A stretch of 64,000 bases of DNA from Candidatus Latescibacterota bacterium (lineage in GTDB: Bacteria; Latescibacterota; UBA2968; GCA-2709665). Positions 1 to 9,862 of the stretch are shown piece after piece (position 1 is the first letter of the stretch; each line of letters starts with the position of its first letter). A program made the translations under genes and the position numbers. The stretch is from the NCBI GenBank assembly GCA_965208835.1, contig OZ242358.1, forward strand, positions 1,120,001 through 1,184,000, given 5' to 3'. The notes beneath the pieces are model-generated. The model was not told the origin of the DNA, ran no database searches, and saw only the letters and a program-made list of their open reading frames with translations.

Positions 1-1
1 G

Positions 2-88
2 GCACCCCTTCTGGAATGGATGCCCCCTGAGGTCCAGGTCCGCCCCCTTGCAGCGTATGAACACCTCTTGCAGGAGGTGGTGTCATGA
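2..88 (+). CDS. istA: IS21 transposase IstA, C-terminal tail (partial)
   Basis: Manual translation APLLEWMPPEVQVRPLAAYEHLLQEVVS*; EVxxRPLxxYE is typical of IstA ends; stop overlaps the istB start (ATGA). Confidence 0.8.
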   Translation, partial: APLLEWMPPEVQVRPLAAYEHLLQEVVS

Positions 89-867
89 GTGCCGCCGTAA
101 GCTACGAACGGGTGCGGGAACACCTGGGTGCCCTTTCCCTGGACGCCGCCCTATCCGCTTTGGATACCGTCCTCGAAGACGGGAACAAGCAAGACCGCAC
201 ACCCGTCGAGATCGTCGACGACCTGCTCACACGCGAACGCGACGAGCGCTTCCAGAGACGCATCCGCACCAACCTGCGCCTGTCGGGCATTGCCACGCCC
301 AAGACCCTCGAGGCCTTCGACTTTGACGCTCAGACACAGGTCCCGAAGAAAACCATCGATGAACTGGCCTGTCTGCGCTTCCTGCACCACGGTGAGAATG
401 TCCTGTTCTTAGGCCCTCCCGGCGTGGGGAAGTCCCACCTGGCCGTGGGCCTGGCACTCAAAGCCCTCGAAGCCGGACATCGCGTCTACTTCATTACCCT
501 GCACGACCTCGTCGCAAAATCCCGTATCGCCAAAAAGCGCGACCGACTCCATATCTTCCAAAACACGCTCACACGTCCCGACCTGCTCCTCCTCGACGAA
601 GTCGGCTACCTTCCCATTGAACAGCACGACGCCACCTTCCTCTTTGAGGTCGTCTCCAAACGCTACGACAAGGGCAAACCCATCATCCTCACTTCCAACA
701 AGTCCTATGCCGCATGGGGCGACTTCTTCCCCGATCCCGTCCTGGCCACCGCCCTGCTGGATCGACTCCTCCATCATGCCACCACCATCTCCATCCGCGG
801 AGACAGCTACCGCCTGCGACACCGCACAAAAGCAGGACTGTCTACACACTCGCAGCAACACACCTGA
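85..867 (+). CDS. istB: IS21 helper AAA+ ATPase IstB
   Basis: GPPGVGKS Walker A, LLLLDEVGY Walker B, TSNK, ALLDRLLHH, GDSYR. Confidence 0.97.
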   Translation: MSAAVSYERVREHLGALSLDAALSALDTVLEDGNKQDRTPVEIVDDLLTRERDERFQRRIRTNLRLSGIATPKTLEAFDFDAQTQVPKKTIDELACLRFLHHGENVLFLGPPGVGKSHLAVGLALKALEAGHRVYFITLHDLVAKSRIAKKRDRLHIFQNTLTRPDLLLLDEVGYLPIEQHDATFLFEVVSKRYDKGKPIILTSNKSYAAWGDFFPDPVLATALLDRLLHHATTISIRGDSYRLRHRTKAGLSTHSQQHT

Positions 868-943
868 AAAAAGGACCTGCTCATGCCACCCTGACCCACT
901 CTCCATCCTGTCTATTGTGTCCAAATTTAAACCGGTGCTTTTG

Positions 944-2404
944 TCAAAAACAAAACCGGTGTTGACAGTACCATTGCTCGGTTAAGATTCGCTGCTGCGG
1001 GAGGGTTAAGCCTGCGAGGGTAGCCACATTCCATCGATCACCAAGTCTACCAATTCGGGCGAATCCCAGTGGGCGACTGGTGGCAACGGCAGGTACATTC
1101 CGCATCCGTACGAAGTTTTCGAGAAGCGAAAGTGCGGTTCTAGCGGCTGTCTCATCACTCCATTCATCGAGTCCATCGACAAAAAGAAGGAGTCGCGAAT
1201 CCTGAATTGCTTGTTCGACCAAATGTATCAGTTCTTCTCTAACGCCTAACTTTGCAAACCAAGCCTTCAAGACATCAAGAAGCGAACACTTTGTTTCGGA
1301 CTCGCAGACCATCCGCGTCCACATGGCAAACGGTACCCACACAGGCAAGAACTGCCCCCAACGTCGCGCAAATGACTCATAACGAGGCTCGACACTAAGA
1401 AGATCAAGTAATAGACAACGCAGCAGTGTGCTTTTGCCCATCCCGGGGTCTCCGACCAAAACCGATTGGTTGGAGTCCGATAGCCACTCAATAGCGGAAC
1501 GGCGCACCTGGCGTATGACATCGTGTGTTCTACGGGATGACGAAAAATCGTCGGTTGACGTTTGAGAGCGCGCACGTGTGTTCTCAAGGGCATCAAACTG
1601 ATTGTTCCCGGATCGGGAGATTTGCGGCCCATCCAAGGTCTGTTGAGACTGATGAACCAGTTGCTCCTCAAGAATGTCCGGCGGAACAAATCGTTGAATT
1701 AAGGAAATTGGCTCAAGGTTGGAGTTGGGAGAAACTGCAAAAGACGGAAGACCCGGATCGGTGATTTCGAAATGGTGTGTATAGCAGTCTCGAAGTAGTT
1801 GGCGCAGTCGTATGACTTGCTCGGGACGTAAGTGATGTCCGGACAGTTTGTTTAGGGCTTCTTCACCACAGAATGCCCGTACCCATTCACGCCCGAAAAA
1901 ATCATCCACCAAATTAGGATGGTCTTTCAGTTGATTTGAAATCTGTGTGATCCCTAGCGGAAGGAATCGGATTTCGTGCTCACGAAGGCGATCACTTTGA
2001 GTCTCGATAATTGACGCAAGTTTAGCATCTTCCGTATTGATCGTAACAGCAAGTACAAACTCGTCTGTCTTTGGTGCCCACGAGCCGTTCAGAAAAGCGT
2101 TTACTGCTGCCTCGATTGAGTTCGCGTTAAACGATTGGCGTTGTTTACACTGCCAAACCGAATATTTCGAGGATCCCAATTTTCGGACGTAGATGTCTAT
2201 GCCCTCTTGCCGCTGTCCCTTAATTCCAAATTCTCGGCATCTTTCCACGTCACCGGAACACTGTGCAAGACGACAACACAACTTCTGAAACGCCTCCCAA
2301 TGCAGTTCATTCAGCGGTAGGATTTGAAGGCGGGTCTCAACAGGGGGCGGTTGGTGTGACTCACAAGGGACCCACACGCTTGTCAATGTCTTGGTCTCTG
2401 CCAT
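944..2404 (-). CDS. NACHT (STAND) NTPase with N-terminal restriction-endonuclease-like domain, C-terminally truncated by IS21
   Basis: GQRQEGIDIY...VWQCK (PD-QxK-like), Walker A GDPGMGKST, Walker B LLLFVDGLDE, ATSRP; the last residues (CQHRFCF) are read from the IS end. Confidence 0.85.
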   Translation of the reverse strand: MAETKTLTSVWVPCESHQPPPVETRLQILPLNELHWEAFQKLCCRLAQCSGDVERCREFGIKGQRQEGIDIYVRKLGSSKYSVWQCKQRQSFNANSIEAAVNAFLNGSWAPKTDEFVLAVTINTEDAKLASIIETQSDRLREHEIRFLPLGITQISNQLKDHPNLVDDFFGREWVRAFCGEEALNKLSGHHLRPEQVIRLRQLLRDCYTHHFEITDPGLPSFAVSPNSNLEPISLIQRFVPPDILEEQLVHQSQQTLDGPQISRSGNNQFDALENTRARSQTSTDDFSSSRRTHDVIRQVRRSAIEWLSDSNQSVLVGDPGMGKSTLLRCLLLDLLSVEPRYESFARRWGQFLPVWVPFAMWTRMVCESETKCSLLDVLKAWFAKLGVREELIHLVEQAIQDSRLLLFVDGLDEWSDETAARTALSLLENFVRMRNVPAVATSRPLGFARIGRLGDRWNVATLAGLTLPQQRILTEQWYCQHRFCF

Positions 2405-2639
2405 CGAAGTGATCCACGGATATCGTAGTTTGTGAAACCGCCGCGCAGGAATTGATCACCACCACAAAGGTTGGTCGCTACTTGGATTATCCGATCTAAC
2501 ATTATTAAGTTTGTTGATTCGTCTTTCCGCTAATTTAGCGGTACATCGCAATCGCAAGTAATGGAAGCGGCGCAGGTAGACTTGCGTGTAATCTCATATC
2601 TCTGTTCCACCGAGATTCGTATAATAATCCATTCCGTTG

Positions 2640-3028
2640 CTACAGATATGTACATTGATTTACGACGGCAGCGCCATAGGATTCGTGGATTCTCCGTCTG
2701 TCTATTAGATGCCTTTCCAATTTATCTATGAGCCCCATTAGTTCATTGACTTTGACGATGATGCGGTGTTGCTCTGCGAGAGGAGGCAGTGCGACGAGTA
2801 GGCTGGCAAGAGATTTCGAGTTCAGAGTTCTTCCTTTAATTGCTGCCTTGGACGATCCGATGGAAGAAAACAACGGCATGAACTGAAACAGGTAGTTTCC
2901 CGTATCACTAATGATCGGATACAAGGCGACAATAGCCTCGTTGTGGTAGGCGTCAACACCGAGTTTAGTGATTTTCCCAATGGTTAACTTGAAGCTCATT
3001 AGGATTGTACCACGAGATACCGGTGTGC
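2640..3028 (-). pseudogene. hsdS: Type I R-M specificity subunit HsdS, 3' fragment (rest of TRD2 plus conserved C-terminus)
   Basis: GTILMSFKLTIGK...HNEAI...ALPPLAEQHRIIVKVNELM; joins the 5' fragment in frame once the IS3 is removed. Confidence 0.9.
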
Positions 3029-3110
3029 CCTACGTGCCAATATAGAGTGAGACAACTCCCCCTCCGAGTTTAATGTCGTACAATGGGCGGAGAGGAGAGG
3101 AGAGGACGAG

Positions 3111-3578
3111 ATGAGGTCAAGAATCGATGTTGGAGACAACGGCAGCAAGGGGACTCTGGTTGTGGAGGTCCCGCGCGGGACCTCCACAACCACGAGGCCG
3201 GATCCGGAGGTGCCGGCGCGTGCGAAGCGTCGCCGGTTCACCGCCGGGTACAAGCTTCGCATCCTGGAAGAAGCGGACGCGTGCCGGGCCCCTGGTGAAG
3301 TCGGAGCGCTGCTGCGTCGCGAGGGGTTGTATTCCTCGCAGTTGACCCAGTGGCGTCGTGCGCGTCGTGAGGGGACGCTCAAGGCACTATCCAAGCCGCG
3401 GGGACCCAAGGGGCGGCGTCGTGACGAGGTCGCCGTCGAGAACGAGCAGCTGCGCAAGGAAAACGCCCGGCTGCGGCGACGACTGGAACAGGCGCAGACC
3501 ATCCTCGAGATCCAAAAAAAAGCCTCCGAGATCCTGGGCATCCCCCTGAACCGCCCGCCGGCCGACGACGACGTATGA
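3111..3578 (+). CDS. IS3 transposase OrfA (HTH)
   Basis: RRRFTAGYKLRILEEAD...LRREGLYSSQLTQWR plus coiled coil; A8 run at 3514-3521. Confidence 0.9.
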   Translation: MRSRIDVGDNGSKGTLVVEVPRGTSTTTRPDPEVPARAKRRRFTAGYKLRILEEADACRAPGEVGALLRREGLYSSQLTQWRRARREGTLKALSKPRGPKGRRRDEVAVENEQLRKENARLRRRLEQAQTILEIQKKASEILGIPLNRPPADDDV

Positions 3579-4588
3579 TACGTGCGGCCGAACATCTCGC
3601 CCCGAGTGTCGGGTTGGCTTCAGCATGCCGGGCATTGGGTGTGGCGCGAGCCTCTGTATACCGTCATCGCAAGCCACATCCAACGTGTCCGGGTCGGTCG
3701 CGACGGTCTTCGCCCCGTGCACTTTCTCCACAGGAGCGTCTCCGGGTCTTGGACATCCTGCACGAGGATCGCTTCGTGGACCGGGCACCGGCAGCCGTGT
3801 ATGCCGTGCTGCTGGAGGAAGGACGGTATGTCTGCTCGACCCGCACCATGTACCGGCTGCTTCACGATGCCCAGGAAGTGCGCGAGCGCCGCGACCAGCG
3901 CCGTCATCCACGTCTCGAACCACCCCGGTTGGTGGCCAGTGCGCCCAACCAGGTCTGGACGTGGGACATCACAAGGTTGCCGGGACCCCGAAAATGGGTG
4001 TCCTATCCCCTCTACGTCGTGCTGGATCTGTTCTCGCGATACGTGGTGGCCTGGATGGTCGCCAAAAGGGAGAGCGCCACGCTGGCCAAGCGCCTGATTA
4101 CCAACGCCTCCACGAAGCAGGGCATTCAACCCGGACAACTGACGTTGCACCAGGATCGCGGCGGACCGATGAAGGCGAAGACGTTTTCGCAAATGCTGAT
4201 CGACCTCGACATCCTGGCCAGCTACAGCAGACCTCGTGTATCGGACGACAACCCCTATTCCGAAAGCCAATTCAAAACACTCAAATACGCGCCGTCATAC
4301 CCCGGGCGCTTCACCGGTCCGGAGGAAGCGCGTACCTACTTCCAGGGCTTCTTTCCCTGGTACAACACCCAACACCGTCACAGCGGCTTGGGCTTGCTCA
4401 CACCCGATTCCGTGCATCACGGGATGACACAACAGCTGCAAGCCGCAAGACAACACGTGCTCGACCAGGCTTATCACAACCACCCTGAACGATTTGTCAG
4501 AGGCAAACCGAAACCACCACACGTTCCCAACGAAGTCTGGATTAACCAACCCAAGAACACCGTCGAATGGCACCATTTGCTACACTAA
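3575..4588 (+). CDS. IS3 transposase OrfB (rve DDE integrase core)
   Basis: PNQVWTWDIT, HQDRG, SDDNPYSESQFKTLKY. Confidence 0.95.
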   Translation: MIRAAEHLAPSVGLASACRALGVARASVYRHRKPHPTCPGRSRRSSPRALSPQERLRVLDILHEDRFVDRAPAAVYAVLLEEGRYVCSTRTMYRLLHDAQEVRERRDQRRHPRLEPPRLVASAPNQVWTWDITRLPGPRKWVSYPLYVVLDLFSRYVVAWMVAKRESATLAKRLITNASTKQGIQPGQLTLHQDRGGPMKAKTFSQMLIDLDILASYSRPRVSDDNPYSESQFKTLKYAPSYPGRFTGPEEARTYFQGFFPWYNTQHRHSGLGLLTPDSVHHGMTQQLQAARQHVLDQAYHNHPERFVRGKPKPPHVPNEVWINQPKNTVEWHHLLH

Positions 4589-4590
4589 AC

Positions 4591-5919
4591 TCACGCAAGA
4601 GTTGTCTCATTCTTATTGACAGGTTCCGTGCAACCGAAAACCTCCGAAGTCGCCTTAGTGGAAATTCGCTTCCTGGTTTCATAGACCACACCAAAGTGAT
4701 CCATGTCCGCTATACTCACCCAAGGATGGCCGCTTTCATCAGACCAATAGCTTCCATCTTTTGTTGGAGGTGTCTTGCCCATTGTGAAGTGTGCAATCCG
4801 TCCGAGCCTGACCCAAATCCATGAACTCGGAATTACCCAAGGAAGGTCCTGTTCGTCGATAGGCCGCAGTCTTCTCCTCAGTTTGGCGGCCAACTGAGAT
4901 CTTTCGAGGAGATTCGTAGCCGGTTCCTCCTGCGCATCCTGCGGCACTAGACGTCCCCGCACCCCAAGCTGAAGCACGGCTTCTCGTAGTGGAGCCAAGT
5001 CAGCAGGAGTCGTAAACAGCTCTTCCATACACTTGGCAACGCGCGTCCAAGCATTCCTCACCTGTTCGGTCGAATTGGCATTGCGAAGCTTATGGAGGGC
5101 CGAGTCCCGGGCCCCTGATCGAAGTTCCTCTCTTTTTCTTCGTGCATCCTCCAAAGGGTCAATAAGCCCCATCAACTCATCGACCTTGGCGACGATACGG
5201 TGTTGCTCACTTAATGGTGGGATCGATACCGGAATCAACGCGACTTTTTTGCCTGCCACTTCCTTAAATGTTGTACCAGAAGCTTGTGCGTCGATACCAG
5301 GACCTGCATATTTGAGAAACAGGTACAGATATTCCGACATTGCTGGGATAAAGGGCACGCAGGACTTAAAGCCCTGATTGGTGCTTAGTGGATTGGCTGC
5401 GATACCAACGTGCCCGATAGGCGCGCGACTCGAAAACAGCACCGAACCCCGCGGTAGCATCTGTGCGGATGATTTCCTGAGCCCCTCTGCGGAAATATCC
5501 CGCCTGCCTCGTTCGATATAACGAGAGGTCTGCCGCCGCATATCCGCTGGAGTTAGCCATGGTATGTCCTCACCATCACTCCAGTACCTCGGCTCACCAC
5601 TCTTGGGCGTACCTCCTCCGACGATACTTCCAACATCACCCAGACGTAGCCATCGCCAAGTCTTGGGTATTTTATATGGAGGTTGTTCAACTGGCACTCC
5701 AAGAGGGTAACGGGGCTTGGGAATAGTCTCTTCTGCAAGAAGCCGTTCCTTGCCTTCCTTTAGTTTGGCAGTGAATTTTTCCGGAGGTATCTCTTGGCAA
5801 TTTTGCGCTACGAGTCGTCCCCGCACTGCAAGCTCAAGTACAACTTCACGCAGTCGGTCCACGCCACCCGGCGCCTCCGCAATCGTATCAAAGAACTTAA
5901 TGAACTCCCCGGATGTCAT
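4591..5919 (-). CDS. hsdS: Type I R-M HsdS, 5' fragment (TRD1, central conserved region, start of TRD2), truncated by IS3
   Basis: LELAVRGRLV, IPKTWRWLRLGDVG, GGTPK, SSRAPIG, TNQGFKS, IPPLSEQHRIVAKVDELM; native sequence ends near 4630. Confidence 0.93.
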   Translation of the reverse strand: MTSGEFIKFFDTIAEAPGGVDRLREVVLELAVRGRLVAQNCQEIPPEKFTAKLKEGKERLLAEETIPKPRYPLGVPVEQPPYKIPKTWRWLRLGDVGSIVGGGTPKSGEPRYWSDGEDIPWLTPADMRRQTSRYIERGRRDISAEGLRKSSAQMLPRGSVLFSSRAPIGHVGIAANPLSTNQGFKSCVPFIPAMSEYLYLFLKYAGPGIDAQASGTTFKEVAGKKVALIPVSIPPLSEQHRIVAKVDELMGLIDPLEDARRKREELRSGARDSALHKLRNANSTEQVRNAWTRVAKCMEELFTTPADLAPLREAVLQLGVRGRLVPQDAQEEPATNLLERSQLAAKLRRRLRPIDEQDLPWVIPSSWIWVRLGRIAHFTMGKTPPTKDGSYWSDESGHPWVSIADMDHFGVVYETRKRISTKATSEVFGCTEPVNKNETTLA

Positions 5920-7424
5920 GTTGTCCGCTCCAACGCTTCAGCCAAAGCCGCCTTTAGCTGTTCACGTATGTCTGCCGCCGCCGCCCGTTCCTTTTCGTAC
6001 AATGCCAGTAACTCATCCGGGTCGCCATGACCGGCATCCGGCGTGTTGGGATTGGCGATGTCCAGGTTGAAGTTACGATCGAGAATGTCGTTTATGCCGA
6101 CTTTCCACGCGAACTCATTCTCAATCCGATTGCCCCACCACGCCTTCTCTGGCACAAATTCCTCGATTCTCATTGGCTTGGTCTTCGAGTAGGACTTGTA
6201 GCCTTCGGGGTAGGGATGCTCGTAGTACCAGACCTCGGTCGTAGGTCGACCCTTTTGGAAAAACAGCACATTGGTCTTGATCGACGTGTACGGCGCAAAA
6301 ACGCCATTGGGCAAGCGGACGATCGTATGAAGTTCGCATTCCGTGAGGAGGCGTTCCTTCAGACGGGTTTTCACCCCCTCACCAAACAGTGTGCCGTCAG
6401 GAAGAACCACAGCCGCTCGGCCACCGGGTTTGAGCATTTCGATTATAAGCAACAAGAAGAGATCTGCGGTTTCGCGGGTCCGGAATTGACGCGGGAAGTT
6501 CTGTTCAATGCCATCCTCCTCCATGCCTCCGAACGGCGGATTTGTGAGTACAACGGCCACCCGATCCCGCATGCTGATGTCGTGCAGCGGACGGGCAAGA
6601 GTGTTGTCATGGCGTATTCCCGTCGGGACATCAATGCCGTGCACGATCATATTGGTCGTACACAGCAAGTACGGGAGTGGCTTTTTCTCGACGCCGTGAA
6701 TGCTGGCCTGCAGTCGTTCTTCTTGTTCTGGCGTCTTAACGTCGTGTTGGCGTACATGCTTAATTGCACATGCCAAAAAACCACCCGTTCCACAGGCGGG
6801 GTCGAGAATGGATTCTCCTAGGCGAGGGTCCAACATGTCCACCGCAAATTGGGTTACCGCACGCGGAGTGTAGTATTCGCCGGCGTTGCCGGCACTCTGC
6901 AGATCTTTGAGGAGTTGCTCGTAGATGTTCCCAAACAGGTGACGATTCGAGGCGTCGTTGAAGTTGATAGTTTCTTCAATCCTATTGATTACCTGCCTCA
7001 GTAGGGTGCCGGACTTCATGTATTGATAAGCGTCCTCGAAGACATTTCGGACGAGACGCCGGCGTCGCAGACGCTTCTCATCTTGCGGGTTATCCAGGTC
7101 TATTTCCATACCTTTGAGAGCGGGAAAGAGGGTGTTGTTTACGAATGCAAGCAACTTCTCGCCGGTTTCGCCCTCCGGATCACTAGCCCAGGCGCTCCAG
7201 CGCAGATCATCGGCACGACGTATTTCGCCTTCTTCTCTCCAGGTTACGTCGACCAGGGGTGAGAAAAAGCCCTCTTCCACCACCTCCAGTTCCTGTTCCT
7301 TGTCGTTCCAAATCTTCAGGAACAATAGCCAGACGAGTTGCCCTATGCGCTGAGCATCGCCATCCACGCCGACGTCCTTGCGCATCGTGTCCTGGATGGA
7401 TTTAATCGTTGTCGATAGAGACAC
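5916..7424 (-). CDS. hsdM: Type I R-M N6-adenine methyltransferase HsdM
   Basis: GEYYTPR, DPACGTGGFL, TNPPFGG; GTG start at 7424 behind GAGG (the ORF track extends to 7439). Confidence 0.97.
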   Translation of the reverse strand: MSLSTTIKSIQDTMRKDVGVDGDAQRIGQLVWLLFLKIWNDKEQELEVVEEGFFSPLVDVTWREEGEIRRADDLRWSAWASDPEGETGEKLLAFVNNTLFPALKGMEIDLDNPQDEKRLRRRRLVRNVFEDAYQYMKSGTLLRQVINRIEETINFNDASNRHLFGNIYEQLLKDLQSAGNAGEYYTPRAVTQFAVDMLDPRLGESILDPACGTGGFLACAIKHVRQHDVKTPEQEERLQASIHGVEKKPLPYLLCTTNMIVHGIDVPTGIRHDNTLARPLHDISMRDRVAVVLTNPPFGGMEEDGIEQNFPRQFRTRETADLFLLLIIEMLKPGGRAAVVLPDGTLFGEGVKTRLKERLLTECELHTIVRLPNGVFAPYTSIKTNVLFFQKGRPTTEVWYYEHPYPEGYKSYSKTKPMRIEEFVPEKAWWGNRIENEFAWKVGINDILDRNFNLDIANPNTPDAGHGDPDELLALYEKERAAAADIREQLKAALAEALERTT

Positions 7425-7481
7425 GGCTGCGAACCTCACTTTTTCGATTTCAATTTGTAGATGACCTGACCTGCTCCTGTC

Positions 7482-9812
7482 CTATGCGGCGGTATTGTAG
7501 AGGGCCTTTTCCAGAAGCGTCACAGCCTTTACATATTCGTCTTTCCCGCCAAAGCGATTGATCAATTCAATCGGCGTGCCAAGTTCTGATAGTGGCTTCA
7601 CTCTAAGGACGCCAAGGTCTTCGACCGGGGTCAGACCCTCATCCGCGTACTTATCCAGCAAGGCGTCTAGTACGGCCCGCGCTTGGGAACCGTAAACAGT
7701 GAATACGTCACTCTTCCTCACTTTCTCGGCCCGCTCGCGACGGGTGAGAGGGGGCCGGCCATAGACGACGTAGCAGATGAGATCGAATACATCGAGTTCC
7801 CTGCTGACTTGCGCTCGCAACTCCTCTAACAGCAGCCCCTGCTCGCGCAGTTCGCTGATAACCGCGGCCTTGCGGTCGGCCTCCGACCAGCGCCTCAGGA
7901 AGTCGTCCAGGGTCGCGTACTCTGCCTGGACCGTACGCTTTGTGTAGTCGGTCAGAGATTCTGTGATCAGTCTTCCACTTCGATCGAGGTATTGAACGCG
8001 TTCTGCGATGACTTTTACTTCTACACCACTGACAACGTATTTCGTCGCTCCGGCCGTTGAAGGATCCTCTTCCTCCGTTGACTCAACGCCGTCCTCTCCG
8101 GAATCTGTCGCAGAGGAATGGCCGCTGGCAGGGTCGTATATAACGATCGGCTCTCCGTCAAAATCAGGGTCGGCGAACAATTCAGTGGCTTTCTTGAAGT
8201 CCATTATGCTGAACCAGAGCTTGCCTCCGTCCTCATGGATGCGGGTGCCGCGTCCGACGGTCTGCTTGAATTCGATCATCGACTCGATACGCTGATCGAG
8301 CACGATCAACTTGCAGGTCTTAACGTCCAGGCCCGTTGTCAAGAGCTTTGAGGTCGTGGCAATAACCGGATAGCGTCGCTCGGGATGAATAAAGTCGTCG
8401 AGTGCAAGTTTGCCCTCGTCACTGTCGCCCGTAATGCGAACAACGAACTTCGACGTGTTTTCAGATTCCTCTGGAATCCGTCTGCCCACTTCATTGACCA
8501 ACGCCGACCGCATCCTTTCGGCATGGTCGATATTCTCACAAAATACAATGGTCTTGCCGTATGGGTCGGTTTTCGCCAGGTGCTCTGCGACTTTTCCGGC
8601 AACACGCTTGGTGCGTTCGTTCAAGACAAGAATCCTGTCCATGTCGCGCTGGTTGTAGATCCTATCTTCAATCTCCTGCCCGAGGTCGTCAGTCATGCCC
8701 GCTGCGGGCCGCCATCCCAGCAGGTCCTTGTCCAGGTCTACCCGGACGACTTTGAATGGTGCGAGGTAACCGTCGTCAATACCTTGCTTGAGGCTGTAGG
8801 TATAGACCGCGTCTCCGAAATATGTCAGCGTACTGACGTCGGTGGTTTCCTTGGGTGTTGCGGTGAGGCCTAGCTGGATTGCCGGCTCGAAATAGTCGAG
8901 GATTTCCCTCCATGCGCTGGCTTCGCGTGCGCTGCCACGATGACACTCGTCGATGACAACGAGGTCGAAGAATTCCCGGCTGAACTGACGGTAGACGTTT
9001 TTTTCTTCTTCGTTTCCACTTACCGCCTGGTACAGCGCCACATAGACCTCGTAGCTTGGGTCCATATTGCGGTGCCGCACCTTTGTCATCACCGGACCGA
9101 ACGGTTTGAAGTCGTTGGTTATGGCGTGGTCAGCGAGAAAATTGCGATCCACAAGGAACAGCGCCCGCTTTACCTTGCCCGCATTCCACAATCTCCACAT
9201 GATCTGAAAGACATTATACGTCTTGCCAGAGCCGGTGGCCATAACCAGCAACACGCGGCGCTGTCCCTTAATGATGGCTTCCATGGCGCGTTGTATGGCG
9301 ACGCGTTGGTAGTATCTGGGACTCTTTCCGTCTGTATCGACATAATAGGGCTGAAGCGCCAGTTTGCCTGAGTCAGCATCCAGATTTCGCCAGGCCCTAT
9401 ATCGTTGCCACAATTCCTCCGGGGTGGGAAATTCGTCGAGTCCGATCTTCCTTTCTACCGGGTTCGAGTTTCCTGTGCGGTCATGAAACAGAAATCCGTC
9501 GCCGTTTGACGAGAACGCGAACGGCACGTCAAGGGCCTCCGCATAGCCCAGGGCCTGCTGCATTCCCGCTCCCACAGCGTGGTTGTTGTCCTTCGCTTCG
9601 ACCACAGCTAGCGGGAAGTTATTGTCGTATTGCAGCAGATAGTCGGCGCGCTTTTTCTTACCACGTACTCCTACATTGCCCCTTACGTTTACCCGGCCGG
9701 CGGTAAAGCCGTATTCCCGCCGGATCTGACGCGTGTTCCACTTTGCCTTCGAAATAGCAGGTGTGATGAAGGCGTCACAGATTTCGGCTTCGTTCATGTT
9801 TTTCTTGTTCAT
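7482..9812 (-). CDS. hsdR: Type I R-M endonuclease HsdR (EcoAI/EcoEI-like)
   Basis: ADYLL...VEAK nuclease motif, MATGSGKT, IDECHRGS, LTATP, QTVGRGTR; start set at MNKKN. Confidence 0.97.
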   Translation of the reverse strand: MNKKNMNEAEICDAFITPAISKAKWNTRQIRREYGFTAGRVNVRGNVGVRGKKKRADYLLQYDNNFPLAVVEAKDNNHAVGAGMQQALGYAEALDVPFAFSSNGDGFLFHDRTGNSNPVERKIGLDEFPTPEELWQRYRAWRNLDADSGKLALQPYYVDTDGKSPRYYQRVAIQRAMEAIIKGQRRVLLVMATGSGKTYNVFQIMWRLWNAGKVKRALFLVDRNFLADHAITNDFKPFGPVMTKVRHRNMDPSYEVYVALYQAVSGNEEEKNVYRQFSREFFDLVVIDECHRGSAREASAWREILDYFEPAIQLGLTATPKETTDVSTLTYFGDAVYTYSLKQGIDDGYLAPFKVVRVDLDKDLLGWRPAAGMTDDLGQEIEDRIYNQRDMDRILVLNERTKRVAGKVAEHLAKTDPYGKTIVFCENIDHAERMRSALVNEVGRRIPEESENTSKFVVRITGDSDEGKLALDDFIHPERRYPVIATTSKLLTTGLDVKTCKLIVLDQRIESMIEFKQTVGRGTRIHEDGGKLWFSIMDFKKATELFADPDFDGEPIVIYDPASGHSSATDSGEDGVESTEEEDPSTAGATKYVVSGVEVKVIAERVQYLDRSGRLITESLTDYTKRTVQAEYATLDDFLRRWSEADRKAAVISELREQGLLLEELRAQVSRELDVFDLICYVVYGRPPLTRRERAEKVRKSDVFTVYGSQARAVLDALLDKYADEGLTPVEDLGVLRVKPLSELGTPIELINRFGGKDEYVKAVTLLEKALYNTAA

Positions 9813-9862
9813 ACAGTGTCTTCTCTTGGCGGCGTTAAAACCGTCTAAAAATACAAAAAAAG

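Larger units (their letters stand above)
1..967 (+). mobile_element. IS21-family insertion sequence, right part (runs off the window edge)
   Basis: istA tail plus istB. The end carries two imperfect repeats (tgtccaaatttaaaccggtg / tgtcaaaaacaaaaccggtg) and terminates ...GTTGACA at 967, as IS21 ends do. Confidence 0.9.
3029..4628 (+). mobile_element. IS3-family insertion sequence inserted in hsdS
   Basis: Imperfect terminal IRs (tgccaatatagagtgagacaactc vs reverse complement tgtcaataagaatgagacaactc); TGC/GTGC target duplication at ~3026-3028 and ~4629-4631; orfA-orfB layout. Confidence 0.92.

Noticed and set aside
3024-4632. Alternative IS3 boundaries giving canonical TG...CA ends with an ACCG duplication
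   Set aside because: The ACCG copies (3019-3022, 4633-4636) do not flank these ends directly, and joining at ACCG puts hsdS out of frame. The TGC/GTGC duplication restores the frame.
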